In this document: positions 9,858-20,455 of the stretch, in pieces | How the letters are laid out: each line of letters starts with the position of its first letter | How positions within the stretch are numbered: position 1 is the stretch's first letter | Source of the DNA: Longimicrobiales bacterium | Lineage (GTDB): Bacteria; Gemmatimonadota; Gemmatimonadetes; Longimicrobiales; Gaopeijiaceae | NCBI GenBank assembly: GCA_965238005.1 | Contig: OZ250165.1 | Coordinates: forward strand, 3,200,001 to 3,264,000 | Length of the DNA: 64,000 nucleotides | Reading direction: 5' to 3' | Notes under the pieces: generated by a model | What the model saw: only the letters and a program-made list of their open reading frames with translations | What the model was told of the DNA's origin: nothing | Database searches by the model: none | Translations under genes and position numbers: made by a program

Positions 9858-10600
9858 ATGCTTTTTCGCCAGTATCTGGACACAGAACCCGTGGTCGCGG
9901 CTTCCTACCTTCTCGGATGTCCGACGGGGGGAATCGGGGCGGTAGTCGACCCCATCGGAGACATCGGGCGTTACCTGAAGGAGTCGGAGGCGGGAAGCCT
10001 GCCGATCCGCTACGTGATCGACACCCATGTGCATGCCGATCACATCTCCAGCGGGCGGGAGCTCGCCCAGGCGGCCGGAGCCGAGTATGTGATTTTCGCC
10101 GGTACGGAGGCGGCCTATTCGTTCCGGGGCGTCGAGGATGGTGAGGTCCTCGATATGGGGAACACCCAGGTCGAGGTGCTCCATACGCCGGGGCACACGC
10201 CAGAGCATATCTCTTTGGTGGTGACCGACTACCGGCGGGGCGACGAGCCGTGGCTCGTGGTGACGGGCCACACGCTCATGGTGGGGACATGGGGCGGACG
10301 GAATTGGCCACCTCGGCCGAGGAGGGGGCGAGGGCGCTCTTCCAGAGCGCGGAGAAGCTAAGGAGACTGCCCGACCATCTTGGGGTGTTCCCCGGGGCGT
10401 TCTCCGGGTCGGTGTGCGGTCGCGGACTCAGCGGGAACCCGAGTTCGACGATCGGCTTCGAGCGCCGGCTCAACCGCGCCTTCGCACTCGAGAACGAGGA
10501 GGAGTTCATCCGCCTAATGCTCGAAGATATCCCGGCCCCGCCGCTCCAGGCCGAACGGATCCGGGCGACGAACCTCGGACTCGATCCCGCCCACGTATGA
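9858..10600 (+). CDS. MBL-fold metallo-hydrolase (persulfide dioxygenase-like), frameshifted near 10283
   Basis: THVHADH, TPGHT motifs; one G missing in GTGGGGAC joins ORF 9858 to ORF 10250 (VGDMGRTEL...SVCGRGLSG). Confidence 0.8.
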
Positions 10601-10660
10601 CGAATCTCGATCTCCGTCCCGCCCACGTATGACGAACTTCGGCGTCGATCCCGCCGGCCC
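10567..10660 (+). repeat. Degenerate 32-bp tandem repeat x3 spanning the MBL stop codon
   Basis: GACGAACCTCGGACTCGATCCCGCCCACGTAT / GACGAATCTCGATCTCCGTCCCGCCCACGTAT / GACGAACTTCGGCGTCGATCCCGCC. Confidence 0.85.
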
Positions 10661-10846
10661 CTAGTGTTCCGTTTCCGAAGTTCGCGAGCCACCAAGAGGG
10701 TCGGGGCGCCGTGGGATCAACGCGGGACGACGCGGCGTAGCGCAAGCGGGCACCGCGCGAAGCGTGGTCGCAAGGAGTCCCAACGCCGAGCCCACGGATG
10801 CACCGTGCCCTCGACTGGCCGAGACACTTTGGTAACGGGACACTAG
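10661..10846. mobile_element. MITE (186 bp) with CTAG at both ends
   Basis: Terminal IRs CTAGTGTTCCGTTTCCGAAGT / rc CTAGTGTCCCGTTACCAAAGT (18/21); no transposase. Confidence 0.75.
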
Positions 10847-12159
10847 TGCCGAGCGACCTGGGGGGTGAGCCGGCGGCGCGTCCATCGGCTTCGGTTCAGC
10901 TTGGACTGGGCGCGAATTGGCAGCAGTTCAGCCTCCTGGTGCTCATCAACGGGTTCGTGGGCGCCATGGTCGGTCTCGAACGCACGGTGCTGCCCCTCTT
11001 GGCCGAAGAGGAGTTCGGGCTGGCGTCCAGTACGGTGGTTCTCTCGTTCCTGGTCCCCTTCGGGCTGGTAAAGGCCGCGACGAATTTCTTCGCGGGGCGG
11101 CTGGGAGATCTCTTCGGACGGAAGCCCATCCTGGTGATCGGCTGGTGTGTGGGAATTCCGGTGCCGCTCATGATCATGTGGGCGCCATCGTGGGCTTGGG
11201 TGGTCGCAGCCAACGTGCTGCTCGGAATCAACCAGGGACTGGCGTGGTCCACGACCGTCATCATGAAGATCGATCTGGCGGGCCCGCGGCAGCGGGGCCT
11301 CGCCATGGGTCTCAACGAATTCGCCGGCTACGTGGCCGTGGCCCTGTCCGCGCTCGGGACCGGATACGTCGCCGCGGCGTACGGGCTTCGGCCGGAGCCC
11401 TTCTATCTCGGGCTCGGCTTCGTGGCGCTCGGCCTGGGACTGTCCGTCCTCTTCGTGAGGGAGACGCGGGGCCACAGCGCGTTGGAGGCGGAGCAGGCAG
11501 ACGGCGCGGCCGGGTCTGCCCCAACCCTCGTACCCCCTCCTCCTGGCACCGCCGTACTCGGTACTCGGGAAATCTTCGCGATGGTGAGTTGGAGGCATCC
11601 CGCGCTGTCCAGCGCCAGCCATGCCGGCCTGGTCAACAACCTGAACGACGGACTCGCTTGGGGGCTGTTTCCGCTTTTCTTCGCCGCGTCTGGATTGGGC
11701 GTAACGAACATCGGAGTCCTGACGTTCGTGTATCCCTTCACGTGGGGGATCGTCCAGCTCTGGGCCGGAGCGTGGTCGGATCGGGTGGGCCGTAAGTGGC
11801 TGATCGTCGGAGGGATGCTTGTCCAGCCGGCGGCGTTGGCGGCTATCGCGATGCTGGATGGATTCGGTCGGTGGCTCGGCGCTTCCGCGCTGCTCGGAGT
11901 CGGCACGGCCATGGTGTATCCGACACTACTAGCCTCCATCGCGGACGTCGCCGATCCAAGCTGGCGCGGTTCGGCCGTCGGGGTGTACCGGCTCTGGCGC
12001 GACAGCGGCTACGCCGTAGGCGGGTTGATGGCGGGCGCGTTGGCCGACCTCTTCGGGATGCGGGCGGCGATCATGGCGGTGGCGGTCCTCACGGGGCTGT
12101 CCGGGCTTGTCGTGGCGAGACGAATGCCGGAGACGCTAGAGCGGACCAACGACGTGTAG
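10846..12159 (+). CDS. MFS transporter
   Basis: Multiple TM helices; GRLGDLFGRK and SDRVGRK motif A; start placed after the MITE (uncertain). Confidence 0.85.
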   Translation: MPSDLGGEPAARPSASVQLGLGANWQQFSLLVLINGFVGAMVGLERTVLPLLAEEEFGLASSTVVLSFLVPFGLVKAATNFFAGRLGDLFGRKPILVIGWCVGIPVPLMIMWAPSWAWVVAANVLLGINQGLAWSTTVIMKIDLAGPRQRGLAMGLNEFAGYVAVALSALGTGYVAAAYGLRPEPFYLGLGFVALGLGLSVLFVRETRGHSALEAEQADGAAGSAPTLVPPPPGTAVLGTREIFAMVSWRHPALSSASHAGLVNNLNDGLAWGLFPLFFAASGLGVTNIGVLTFVYPFTWGIVQLWAGAWSDRVGRKWLIVGGMLVQPAALAAIAMLDGFGRWLGASALLGVGTAMVYPTLLASIADVADPSWRGSAVGVYRLWRDSGYAVGGLMAGALADLFGMRAAIMAVAVLTGLSGLVVARRMPETLERTNDV

Positions 12160-12276
12160 CGTCGCGCCTAACGAATCAAGTACTCGGGGCATCTAGAGTT
12201 CGGTTGCGTCGTGCCGGTCTCTTTCGAGTGGTCCCGGCCGAGACACATTACCTCAGGAAACGCCAGGATATCGACA

Positions 12277-13308
12277 ATGTCCATAGGTCCCATCCGTTTC
12301 GTTCGAGCCACGGTCCTGTTCGCGCTCCCGCTGTCATTCTGGGCCGCAGCCGTCAGCGGGCAAGACAGCGATTTCGACATTGACATCGCACGGATAGGAG
12401 TCGGCTCGATGTTCGAGCCGTTTCGCGTTTCCGAGAGCGAGCCGCTGCGGGACGCCATGTCCTCGGGCAAGCTCCAAGGTGACGCCCGTGTCCTCGTCAT
12501 GGACCCCACAGCGGGGCGGCTCGCGTTTCTCACGGACCAGATGGCATATCACCACGTGGCCCAAGGGGAGATCAACGGCGAGCCCTGGATGGTCTCCTTC
12601 TGAGTCGTATGCAACACAGGGGTCGGTCTGACTCCCACGGTAGACGGCAAGGTTCACCACTTCCGGACTCGGGGTATCTACAACGGCCTCTCGATGCTCG
12701 GCGACGAGGAGACGGGGTCCATCTGGAACCATATCACCGGCAGGGCGGTCTACGGACCGCTCGAGGGCTACACCCTTGCGGTCTTCAACCTCCTGCACAT
12801 GACGGCGGAGCAGGCGCTGGACCGCTATCCCGGGCTGTCCGTCGCCATCTCGGACCGTCCGGTCCGTGGTCGCAGAGGGTTCTTCGCCCCCGTCGCTGAT
12901 CGGCTCCCCTTCCTTCGGGAGGGCTTCAGGAGCACGATCGTGCAGGAAGATACACGTCTTCCGACCATGGAGATCGGGCTCGGAGTCTGGACCGAGTCGG
13001 AGCGGCGGTACTATCCCATGGAGGCCGTCCAAGCGGGCGGGGGAGCCATCGTCGATGGCTTCGACGGCAGACGCCTGGCCGTCTATGTAGAGCCCGGGTC
13101 CTACTCTCTGGACGCGTTCTTCACGGAGGAGCAGACGGTCTCAGCGGACGGCTCTCGCGTCACGGTGGGCGAGGAGCTGGTGCTCGAGGGCGGTGTCCTC
13201 CGGGATGCGAGTGGCCGCCAACTCGAGATGGACAGGCCACTTCAGTTGTTCTCGAGGTGGTACGGTTTCGCCCTGACCTTCCCCGGCACCACCATCTACG
13301 GGCGCTAG
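12277..13308 (+). CDS. DUF3179-family exported selenoprotein (Sec at in-frame TGA 12601-12603, U-V-V-C)
   Basis: ORFs 12211-12603 and 12694-13308 are in one frame: GEPWMVSF-U-VVCNTGVG...RGIYNGLSMLGDEETGSIWNHITGRAVYGPLEG; signal peptide; SECIS-like hairpin downstream. Confidence 0.85.
12619..12635 (+). promoter_or_regulatory. Putative bacterial SECIS hairpin
   Basis: GGGGTC-GGTCT-GACTCC; loop starts 21 nt after TGA. Confidence 0.7.
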
Positions 13309-13336
13309 CGCCCTTTCCACTAGACCGGTGCTGGCG

Positions 13337-14281
13337 TCACTGGACCCAAGCCGGATCGGCGGAGTCCGCGGCTGGCTCACCACCCCGGTATCCGTGGTTG
13401 GACTCGGGCGAGCGGTCGTAGACCGTTTGGCCCTGTCCTTCATTCATGGTCCAATAGCCGCGTAGCCCAACCGAACTGACATCGACGCCCGTCTCAAGAA
13501 CCACCTGAACCTCAGAAGGTGAGAGGCTCCTGGACCACATGGCGGGGTTATCGATCTCACCTGGGAAGAACCAGATGGGCGGCTCCTTGCCACCGGGCGG
13601 CAGAGGGCCGATTTGGCCATGCGTCGCACCCACGCTCAGGAACTGTTGGTTGTTGAACGAGGGGGTGCCGGTCCCCTCACACCGGGCTTGCTCTACGGCG
13701 TCCACATAGAAGACCAGGGTACCAAGGACGTCCCTGGTGACGGCCACATGATGCCACGCGCCGTCGGCAACGAACAGGTTGCCGGACTCACAAACCCCCT
13801 GCGGTACGCAATCATTGTTCGGATAGCAGTAGTTGTCCTCATTGGACGCCTCGAGCATGGCCTCCAAGAACCCGTCCGGTCCCACGTACATCTGCCAGCT
13901 GAGGTTGAAGGAGTTGTCGTCCTCACCCCTTGCGATGACCGCAGCTCGTCCGCCGGGAGGCGTTAGCCGTAGCCAGGCGACGACCGTGAAGACGTCGGTC
14001 GGGAACGAGACGTCCCAAGGGACCAGGACCCGATCGTCCATGCCGTCGAACATCAGGTGAAAGTCTTCTCCGGACTCTGGCGGTGGATCGCCGGGGTCGA
14101 AGGGCGAGGTCGGCTCATCGTCGATCGCCGGGTCCGTGGCGCCCTGCCCTCCGCAGGCGCCGGCCACTCCGAGCATGAGCACGAGCACGAGCGCCCATCC
14201 GCGAGCTCGCCGTGCATCTCTGACCCTGGGCCCTCCCGGAGTCACTCCGGCTGCGCCAACTCGTGCTCGCGCCGGTCTCAC
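13337..14281 (-). CDS. LamG/concanavalin-A-like domain lipoprotein
   Basis: Lipobox AGAC; FDGMDD, WHHVAVT, FPGEIDNPAMW, GYWTMNEGQG; exact start uncertain. Confidence 0.75.
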   Translation of the reverse strand: MRPARARVGAAGVTPGGPRVRDARRARGWALVLVLMLGVAGACGGQGATDPAIDDEPTSPFDPGDPPPESGEDFHLMFDGMDDRVLVPWDVSFPTDVFTVVAWLRLTPPGGRAAVIARGEDDNSFNLSWQMYVGPDGFLEAMLEASNEDNYCYPNNDCVPQGVCESGNLFVADGAWHHVAVTRDVLGTLVFYVDAVEQARCEGTGTPSFNNQQFLSVGATHGQIGPLPPGGKEPPIWFFPGEIDNPAMWSRSLSPSEVQVVLETGVDVSSVGLRGYWTMNEGQGQTVYDRSPESNHGYRGGEPAADSADPAWVQ

Positions 14282-14345
14282 GGGGCTCCAGCCTCGACGA
14301 CGAACTGGCCCATCATCCCGACGTCTTCGTGCTCGAGGATGTGGC
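14278..14345 (-). pseudogene. C-terminal remnant of a multicopper oxidase
   Basis: HILEHEDVGMMGQFVV (type-1 Cu motif HCHxxxHEDxGMM); no upstream body. Confidence 0.6.
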
Positions 14346-14736
14346 GGCCCCGGCAGTGAGTCGCAGCATCTGCCGCCTTGATATCGGACTTTGTCGGTAC
14401 ACGGTGTATCCCTAGTCGCACCGCGCGTTTGCTGTGTCTCGGCACCCGGGTGTCACCCCAACCATGAGCCGGGACACACCGAAGGTGGTTCCGCGCGCTG
14501 AGTAGGAGATGTGCCACAACCTCCGTTCGTTAAGCTCCGGCCCGTGCCCGTGTAGCGGAGGCCATAACGCAGCGGGTCGGCCGAGAACAGCATGGCGGCA
14601 GCCGATAAAACCTGCGTGGTAGCAGCGGGCGAGATGGCCGGAGGTTGTGGGGAAGCTCGAGGTGCAGTCGCCGGGCACCCGAGCACGACGTGGCTTGTGG
14701 CGAGCGCGTCGTGCCCGCGAGACCTATCTTTTGAGA

Positions 14737-16429
14737 ATGCCCGAACGCACGTCACCCGTCGGCACAGCCGTCCTCGACCAGATTCCCAAGGCATTCCGGC
14801 TGGAGAGCATCAAGAGCCGGATCGTGGGCCTCGCCTTGCTGGCCACGCTGATCCCTTCCCTGGGGATGGCCTGGATCTCGTACGTCCAGAACCGCGCCGC
14901 CCTGACCGACAAGATCAATGAAGAGCTACAGAGCGTGAGTGCGCAGACCGCTCGCGAGATCGACCTCTGGCTCAAGGAGCGGCTCTACGACGTCCGGGTC
15001 TTCGCGAGCTCCTACGAGGTAACCGAGAACATCGAGCGCGCTCGACGGACGGACGGCGGCGGTCAAGCGGGCGCTCGGCTCAACGGCTACCTCACGTCGG
15101 TCGAGGAGCGGTTTCCGGACTACGACGAGTTGCTCGTCATCGACCGGCAGGGCCAGCGGCTCGCATCGAGTGCCGAGCGCTCCGGCGACGTTCATCTCCC
15201 ACTCGGCTGGCTCGACCGCGTGGCGGCAGACCAAACGGTGATTGACGCGTACTGGGACGAGCAGCTCGGCCAACCGCTCATGACCGTTGCTGTCCCGGTC
15301 ACCGCTGCGGACCGCACCTTCGTAGGTGCGCTCGTCGCCAACGTCACGTACCGGGCCGTGCTGACCATACTGTTGGTCTTCGCCCCGGGCGATTCGGGCA
15401 ACTTGTACGTGATCGCGCCGGACGGGGCCACGATCGTCAGCTCAGGCGCGGACGCGCGGCCGCTCGCCGAGCGCAAGCTCGCGTCCGCCACGACAGAACT
15501 CCTGTTCGCGAGCGAGGGCAGTCCCGTCACCTACGCCGATCGTGATGGAAACGAGGTCATCGGCACCTTGAAGCGGGTTCCGCGGTTGGATTGGGCGGTC
15601 GTGGCGGAGATCCCGGCGAAGGAAGCCTACGCGCAGGTCGTGCAGCTGCGCGACGTAACGGCGCTTCTTGTCATGGGGCTCCTAGTCGTGGTCGGCTTCA
15701 TCGCGTACCGTTTGGGCCTCCTGATCGTGCGCCCGCTGGATCGGCTGACCGCGGGTGCCGCGGAAGTTGCAGCGGGTGACCTCGCGGTGGACCTGCCCGT
15801 GGGCAAGGGCGAGGTCGGGTACCTCACCGAAGTGTTCAACGGGATGGTCGACCGCCTGCGCGCAGGACGGCAGCAGCTCGAGCACCTGGTGGTGACCGAC
15901 CCGCTCACCGGGATATCGAACCGCCGGCACCTGATGGAGACGCTGGAGAGCGAAATGCGCCGCGCGAAGCGCGCGAAAACGTCGTTCGCGATCCTCATGG
16001 CGGACGTCGACCGTTTCAAGAAGTTCAACGACACGCACGGCCACATCGCGGGAGACGAGGCCCTCAAGACGATTGCAGAGGTCTTGAAGGAGGCGACGCG
16101 CGGGATCGATCGTGTCGCGCGCTACGGAGGGGAAGAATTCCTGGTCGTGCTGCCGGAAACGGGCATCGACGGCGCGGTCAGGGCAGCCGAGCGAATCCAT
16201 GAGCGGCTGGCCAAGCGCGGTGTGGCCGTCGGTCACGGTGACACTGAGCACCGGCGTCGCCGAGTTTCCCACCGACGGCGACTCACCCGAGTCCTTGATC
16301 GCTTCGGCAGACGTGGCGCTCTACCAGGCCAAGCGGGGCGGACGCGACCGGGTGATGCGCGCGAGTCGCCGCCGACAGACAACCGCAGTAAAACCAACGA
16401 AGAGGAAGAAGGAGGAGGACTCCTCGTAG
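14737..16429 (+). CDS. Cache/HAMP/GGDEF diguanylate cyclase, frameshifted near 16230
   Basis: TDPLTG, DVDRFKKFNDTHGHIAGD, RYGGEEF; C-terminus VTLSTGVAEF...ADVALYQAKRGGRD in another frame. Confidence 0.8.
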
Positions 16430-17257
16430 CTACTGGCCACCCTCGAGGGGGCTCGTAACGAGGTTGTGGAAGATCCAGCCATCGCGTCCCTGGTCGTCGG
16501 TGATCCGCACCCACTGTTCCGTATACGAGTGCCCCACCAGGGGCGTCGCGGGATCGAGCGTAAAGAGCACACGAAACCCGAGCCCCGGCCCCGCGCGCAC
16601 GTTGCTGCGCCGTGCCGTTTCTAGCGACAGCGGCAGCGCGAACAGCACTTCCCCGGGCTGCCGGTCCCCGCGCTCACCGATGGTGAGCCGGACCTCGCCC
16701 CTGCGGGCCACCCTGCGGGCCTGGCTCGCCAGGTAGAGCGCACCGCCGTAGTTCTCATCGGCGAACTCGGTCGTGCTGAGTACCAGGAGGTGCCGCGCCT
16801 GGGCAGCCTCGGGCACTTCCTCATCTCCCGCAGCTCCGGTCAGGGCCTCCAACGCGATCTCCGCCTCCGCCATCACCGACGCCGCTTCCGCACGACTGGC
16901 CAACGTCTGCAATCGTGCCATTGCGCGCAGGATCTCTTGTCGCGCCGCTTCGAGCTGACGTTGGAGGTCTTCGACCTGTGCGGCGCGTTCCAAGAGTTGG
17001 AGCTGGAGGGTGACGGCGCGCTGTTCGAGGTCCGGATCGCGATCCGGTCCCACGCGAACCACCACCGTGTCGACGACCACCACCGTGTCGGGCGTCGGGG
17101 CGGGTGTCGCCGGCGGGGCGCCGGCGGCGCACGCCGCGAGCGAGACGCCAAACGCGGAGCACAGCGCACTCTCGAGTCGACGAGCCAGTCGGGGCATCAT
17201 GGTAAGAAGATGTACGCGCTCGACCCACACCGCCATGGAATCGACGTCACGCCTCAA
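16430..17257 (-). CDS. Coiled-coil + SH3-domain lipoprotein
   Basis: LAAC lipobox; NVRAGPG...WVRITDDQGRDGWI SH3b-like; start uncertain. Confidence 0.65.
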   Translation of the reverse strand: MRRDVDSMAVWVERVHLLTMMPRLARRLESALCSAFGVSLAACAAGAPPATPAPTPDTVVVVDTVVVRVGPDRDPDLEQRAVTLQLQLLERAAQVEDLQRQLEAARQEILRAMARLQTLASRAEAASVMAEAEIALEALTGAAGDEEVPEAAQARHLLVLSTTEFADENYGGALYLASQARRVARRGEVRLTIGERGDRQPGEVLFALPLSLETARRSNVRAGPGLGFRVLFTLDPATPLVGHSYTEQWVRITDDQGRDGWIFHNLVTSPLEGGQ

Positions 17258-18267
17258 ACCCGCAGCACCACCTTCCCGTAGCTCTCCCGGGACTCGATGA
17301 GACGATGGGCCCGGGCCGCCTCGTCAAAACCGAAGACGTGGCCCACCTGAGGCCGGATACCATGCTCTATGCAGAAGGTCGTCACCTCGTCCCAGGTGGC
17401 CCGCATCCGCCGGAAGTCGGGGAGCAGATAGCCGAGATGGGCCGAGGACATCCCCCGGGCGTTCGTGTACATCTCCTCCAGGCTCATCCGGGGCTTGCCC
17501 CGCCATGCACGCCACCAGGACAGCGGGTTCCAGAGGGAGTAGTCCAGGGCCGCATACCCTGCCACCACCACGTGGCCGAAGGGGGCCAGCGCGCTCTTGG
17601 CGGCGGCGAAGACCTCGCCGCCTACCATGTCGAAGGCGATGTCGATCCCCTCCGCGCCGGCGGCATCCTTCAGGGCCTTCTGCCAGCCGGAGCGTCGGTA
17701 GTTGACGGTCTCGTCGGCGCCTAGCTCCCGGATCCGCTCCAGCTTGAGGTCGGTGCCTGCCGCGCCCACCACGTAGCAGCCGAAGTGGTGAGCGATCTGC
17801 ACCGCGGCCGTGCCCACTCCGCCACCTGCCGGGGAGATGAGGACCCGGTCGCCGGCCCGGAGTCGGCCCATCTCCACGAGGCTCACCCACGCCGTGGCGT
17901 AGTTGACGCCGAAGGCGGCATTCTCCTCCACGCTGAACCCTTCCACCGCCGGCGAGGCCTTGGATTCGTCCACCACCAGCCGCTCGGCGTAGGCTCCGTG
18001 CTGCATCCCCACGACAACCGATTCGCCGGGTCGGCGCTCGACGCCGTCGCCCACCGACTCGATGCGTCCCGTGGCCTCCATCCCCAGGACGTAGGGCAGG
18101 TCGGGGGCCCATCCGTACAGGCCCTTTCGGGAAAGGACCTCGGCGTAGTTGATGCCCACGGCCTCTACCCGCACGGCCACCTGACCCGGTCCGGGGGTGG
18201 GATCGGGCAGCTCCGTGGGTCGGAGGACGTCGGGCGAGCCGTGGCGGTTCAGGAGGTAGCCCTTCAT
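17254..18267 (-). CDS. NADPH:quinone oxidoreductase / MDR family
   Basis: AVGINYAE, PYVLGMEATG, AGGGVGTAAVQ, SYGKVVL. Confidence 0.85.
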   Translation of the reverse strand: MKGYLLNRHGSPDVLRPTELPDPTPGPGQVAVRVEAVGINYAEVLSRKGLYGWAPDLPYVLGMEATGRIESVGDGVERRPGESVVVGMQHGAYAERLVVDESKASPAVEGFSVEENAAFGVNYATAWVSLVEMGRLRAGDRVLISPAGGGVGTAAVQIAHHFGCYVVGAAGTDLKLERIRELGADETVNYRRSGWQKALKDAAGAEGIDIAFDMVGGEVFAAAKSALAPFGHVVVAGYAALDYSLWNPLSWWRAWRGKPRMSLEEMYTNARGMSSAHLGYLLPDFRRMRATWDEVTTFCIEHGIRPQVGHVFGFDEAARAHRLIESRESYGKVVLRV

Positions 18268-18312
18268 GGCAACACGATGATCACCCCTCTCAGCTCATCG
18301 AAGAAGTTCGTC

Positions 18313-18363
18313 GTATACGTATCTTTATATCGTGAGTATACGTACGGAGGGGCATGTCCAAGA
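18313..18363 (+). repeat. TACGTA-N17-TACGTA operator/promoter-like module with RBS and orphan ATG (copy 1)
   Basis: 35 bp identical (reverse complement) to 34783-34817; right half plus GGAGG-ATGTCCAAGA also at 20308-20343. Confidence 0.75.
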
Positions 18364-18384
18364 GACCACAGGGACACTGCCTCC

Positions 18385-18687
18385 TCACCCGCCAGCGATG
18401 GCGCCGACCACACAGAGAACGTCGCCCCCCGAGGTCACGCACTCGGGGAGCCGCACGTCGGGTTGGTCATGCGACAGGTCCTGCCCGCAGGCGAAGAATC
18501 GTATGAACGCTCGACGCGTTTCGGTTCCGTGGTCGCGGATCGTGCCTCGTAGCATCGGGTAGCGGGACTCCAGAGCGTCGAGCACTGTCGTGATGGTAGG
18601 GGGGTCCGCAACTTCCAACCGCAACTCGCCCACGACCCGAGCCAGGGTTCGCAGGTGCGCCGGTAGCGCGATCCTTACCTCCGTCAT
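18385..18687 (-). CDS. MoaD/ThiS-family ubiquitin-like protein
   Basis: ~100 aa, C-terminal AIAGG; ATGA overlap with upstream gene. Confidence 0.85.
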   Translation of the reverse strand: MTEVRIALPAHLRTLARVVGELRLEVADPPTITTVLDALESRYPMLRGTIRDHGTETRRAFIRFFACGQDLSHDQPDVRLPECVTSGGDVLCVVGAIAGG

Positions 18688-19799
18688 GGGATGGTTTGCA
18701 CCTCCACCGAGCACACCCTGGGGAGGTGCTCCGCGATCGTCCGCCAGGTGTCGCCGGCGTCTGCAGAGGCGTAGACCTGCCCGCCCGTAGTGCCGAAGTA
18801 GACGCCGCACGAGTCGAGCGCGTCCACCGCCATGGCATCGCGCAGGACGTCCACGTAGCAGTCACGCTGCGGAAGGCCGTTGGTGAGCGCCTCCCAATCG
18901 TTCCCGCCGGTGCGGCTTCGATATACGCGGAGCTTCCCCTCGGGCGGGTAGTGCTCCGAGTCGCTGAGGATAGGCACCACGTAGATCGTCTCGGGCTCAT
19001 GGGCGTGGACGGCGATCGGGAAGCCGAAGTCCGACGGCAGGTTGCCGCTCACCTCGGTCCACGATTCGCCGGCGTCGTCGCTGCGACAGACGTCCCAGTG
19101 CTTCTGCATGAAGACCGTGTCGGGCCGCGACGGGTGTAGCGCAAGCTTGTGAACGCAGTGACCGATCGGGGCCTCCGGCTCGGGCAGAAAGTTCGAGCTC
19201 AGTCCCCCCGTGGCGACCGCCCACGACTCGCCCCCGTCATCAGTGCGGAACACCCCCGCCGCCGAGATGGCCACGTACATGCGCTGCGCGTCCGCAGGGT
19301 CGATGAGGATCGTGTGTAGGCACATACCCCCGGCCCCAGGCGCCCAATCCTGCCCCGTCGAATGCGTACGCAGCCCGGCGAGCTCGGTCCACGTGTGACC
19401 GCCGTCACTCGAGCGGAAGAGGGCGGCATCCTCTACCCCTGCGTAGACCGTGTCGAGATCATTGGGTGACGGCTCCAGGTGCCAGACGCGCTTGAACTCC
19501 CACGGGTGTGGCGTGCCATCGTACCACTGGTGTGTGCCGGGGACGCCCTCGTAGGCGAACTCGTTCCCGACGGGCTCCCAGCACTGCCCGCCATCGTCGG
19601 ACCGCTGAACGACCTGGCCATGCCAGTCGGTCCACTGTGAGGCGTACAGACGATCAGGGTCGGCGGGAGAGCCCTGGACGTGCATGACCTCCCACCCTCC
19701 GAAGTGTGGCCCCTCGATTCTCCAGTCGCGCCGGGCGCCATCCGAGGTAATCACGAACGCGCCCTTTCCCGTCCCTACCAGGACCCGGATCTCAGCCAT
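18684..19799 (-). CDS. BNR/Asp-box beta-propeller protein (exo-alpha-sialidase-like)
   Basis: Repeated SxDGGxxW Asp boxes; GGAGG RBS; coupled to MoaD-like gene. Confidence 0.85.
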   Translation of the reverse strand: MAEIRVLVGTGKGAFVITSDGARRDWRIEGPHFGGWEVMHVQGSPADPDRLYASQWTDWHGQVVQRSDDGGQCWEPVGNEFAYEGVPGTHQWYDGTPHPWEFKRVWHLEPSPNDLDTVYAGVEDAALFRSSDGGHTWTELAGLRTHSTGQDWAPGAGGMCLHTILIDPADAQRMYVAISAAGVFRTDDGGESWAVATGGLSSNFLPEPEAPIGHCVHKLALHPSRPDTVFMQKHWDVCRSDDAGESWTEVSGNLPSDFGFPIAVHAHEPETIYVVPILSDSEHYPPEGKLRVYRSRTGGNDWEALTNGLPQRDCYVDVLRDAMAVDALDSCGVYFGTTGGQVYASADAGDTWRTIAEHLPRVCSVEVQTIP

Positions 19800-20310
19800 C
19801 TGCACCTCCGTATGTGGGCTCCTCGATCGAAAGGTTCACCAGCTCTCGGAACCGATCCAGTGGGCTCCGCCCCCCCGGCGTCTGAGTGAACACCAACCCG
19901 ATGATCTGGCGCTCGGGATCCACCCACGCGTCCGTGCCGTCCGAGCCGCCGTGGCCGTATGTGCCGTCGGCCAGGCGCCAGCCGTATCCGTAGTACGACG
20001 CCTCGCTGCCTTCTCCTGCGACGTGGATCTTGGGCGACGTCATGAGCTCAACGGTCTCGGGCTGCAGATGTTCCGACGAAGGCTCCATCAGCGGCTGCAG
20101 GAACAGGCTGGAAATCCGGAGTCCGCTGCTGTGGGAAAGGAGCTGCCCGATCGTGATTAAGCCCGCCCGGTAGTGGTCCCACTCGGGGATGTACGTCCAG
20201 ACCAGGTCATCGTACTCGAGCTTCTCCTGCTCCACCAGCTGTGTGATGGCTGTGGCCACTACCGGCCTGGTGTTGGAGGCCATGCGGAACATGGTGTTCC
20301 GCTCCACATC
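19792..20310 (-). pseudogene. Serine hydrolase (beta-lactamase family) remnant
   Basis: FRMASNTR (SxxK changed to SxxR), LLSHSSG, HGGSDG; central YxN region and N-terminus missing. Confidence 0.7.
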
Positions 20311-20343
20311 GTGAGTATACGTACGGAGGCTGCATGTCCAAGA
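20308..20343 (+). repeat. Partial copy of TACGTA module (copy 3)
   Basis: ATCGTGAGTATACGTACGGAGG..CATGTCCAAGA matches 18329-18363. Confidence 0.7.
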
Positions 20344-20455
20344 AGGCCCGGCATGCCACTTGTGTGCTCCTCGACAGAGGACGGCACGTCTCAAGAATGT
20401 GCGACCCCTAGGAGGCTGCGCTTTCGCATAAGACCGTGTTGGTGGCGCGGTCTTC

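Noticed and set aside
10278..10290. Programmed frameshift in the MBL gene
   Set aside because: No canonical slippery heptamer or stimulator; a single-G loss in a homopolymer is simpler
10567..10660. Possible mini-CRISPR (20-bp repeat with 12-bp spacers)
   Set aside because: Spacers are too short and resemble each other, and there are no cas genes; it is a degenerate tandem repeat
12157..12266. Second MITE (shares GGCCGAGACAC with 10661-10846)
   Set aside because: Terminal inverted repeats too degenerate to support
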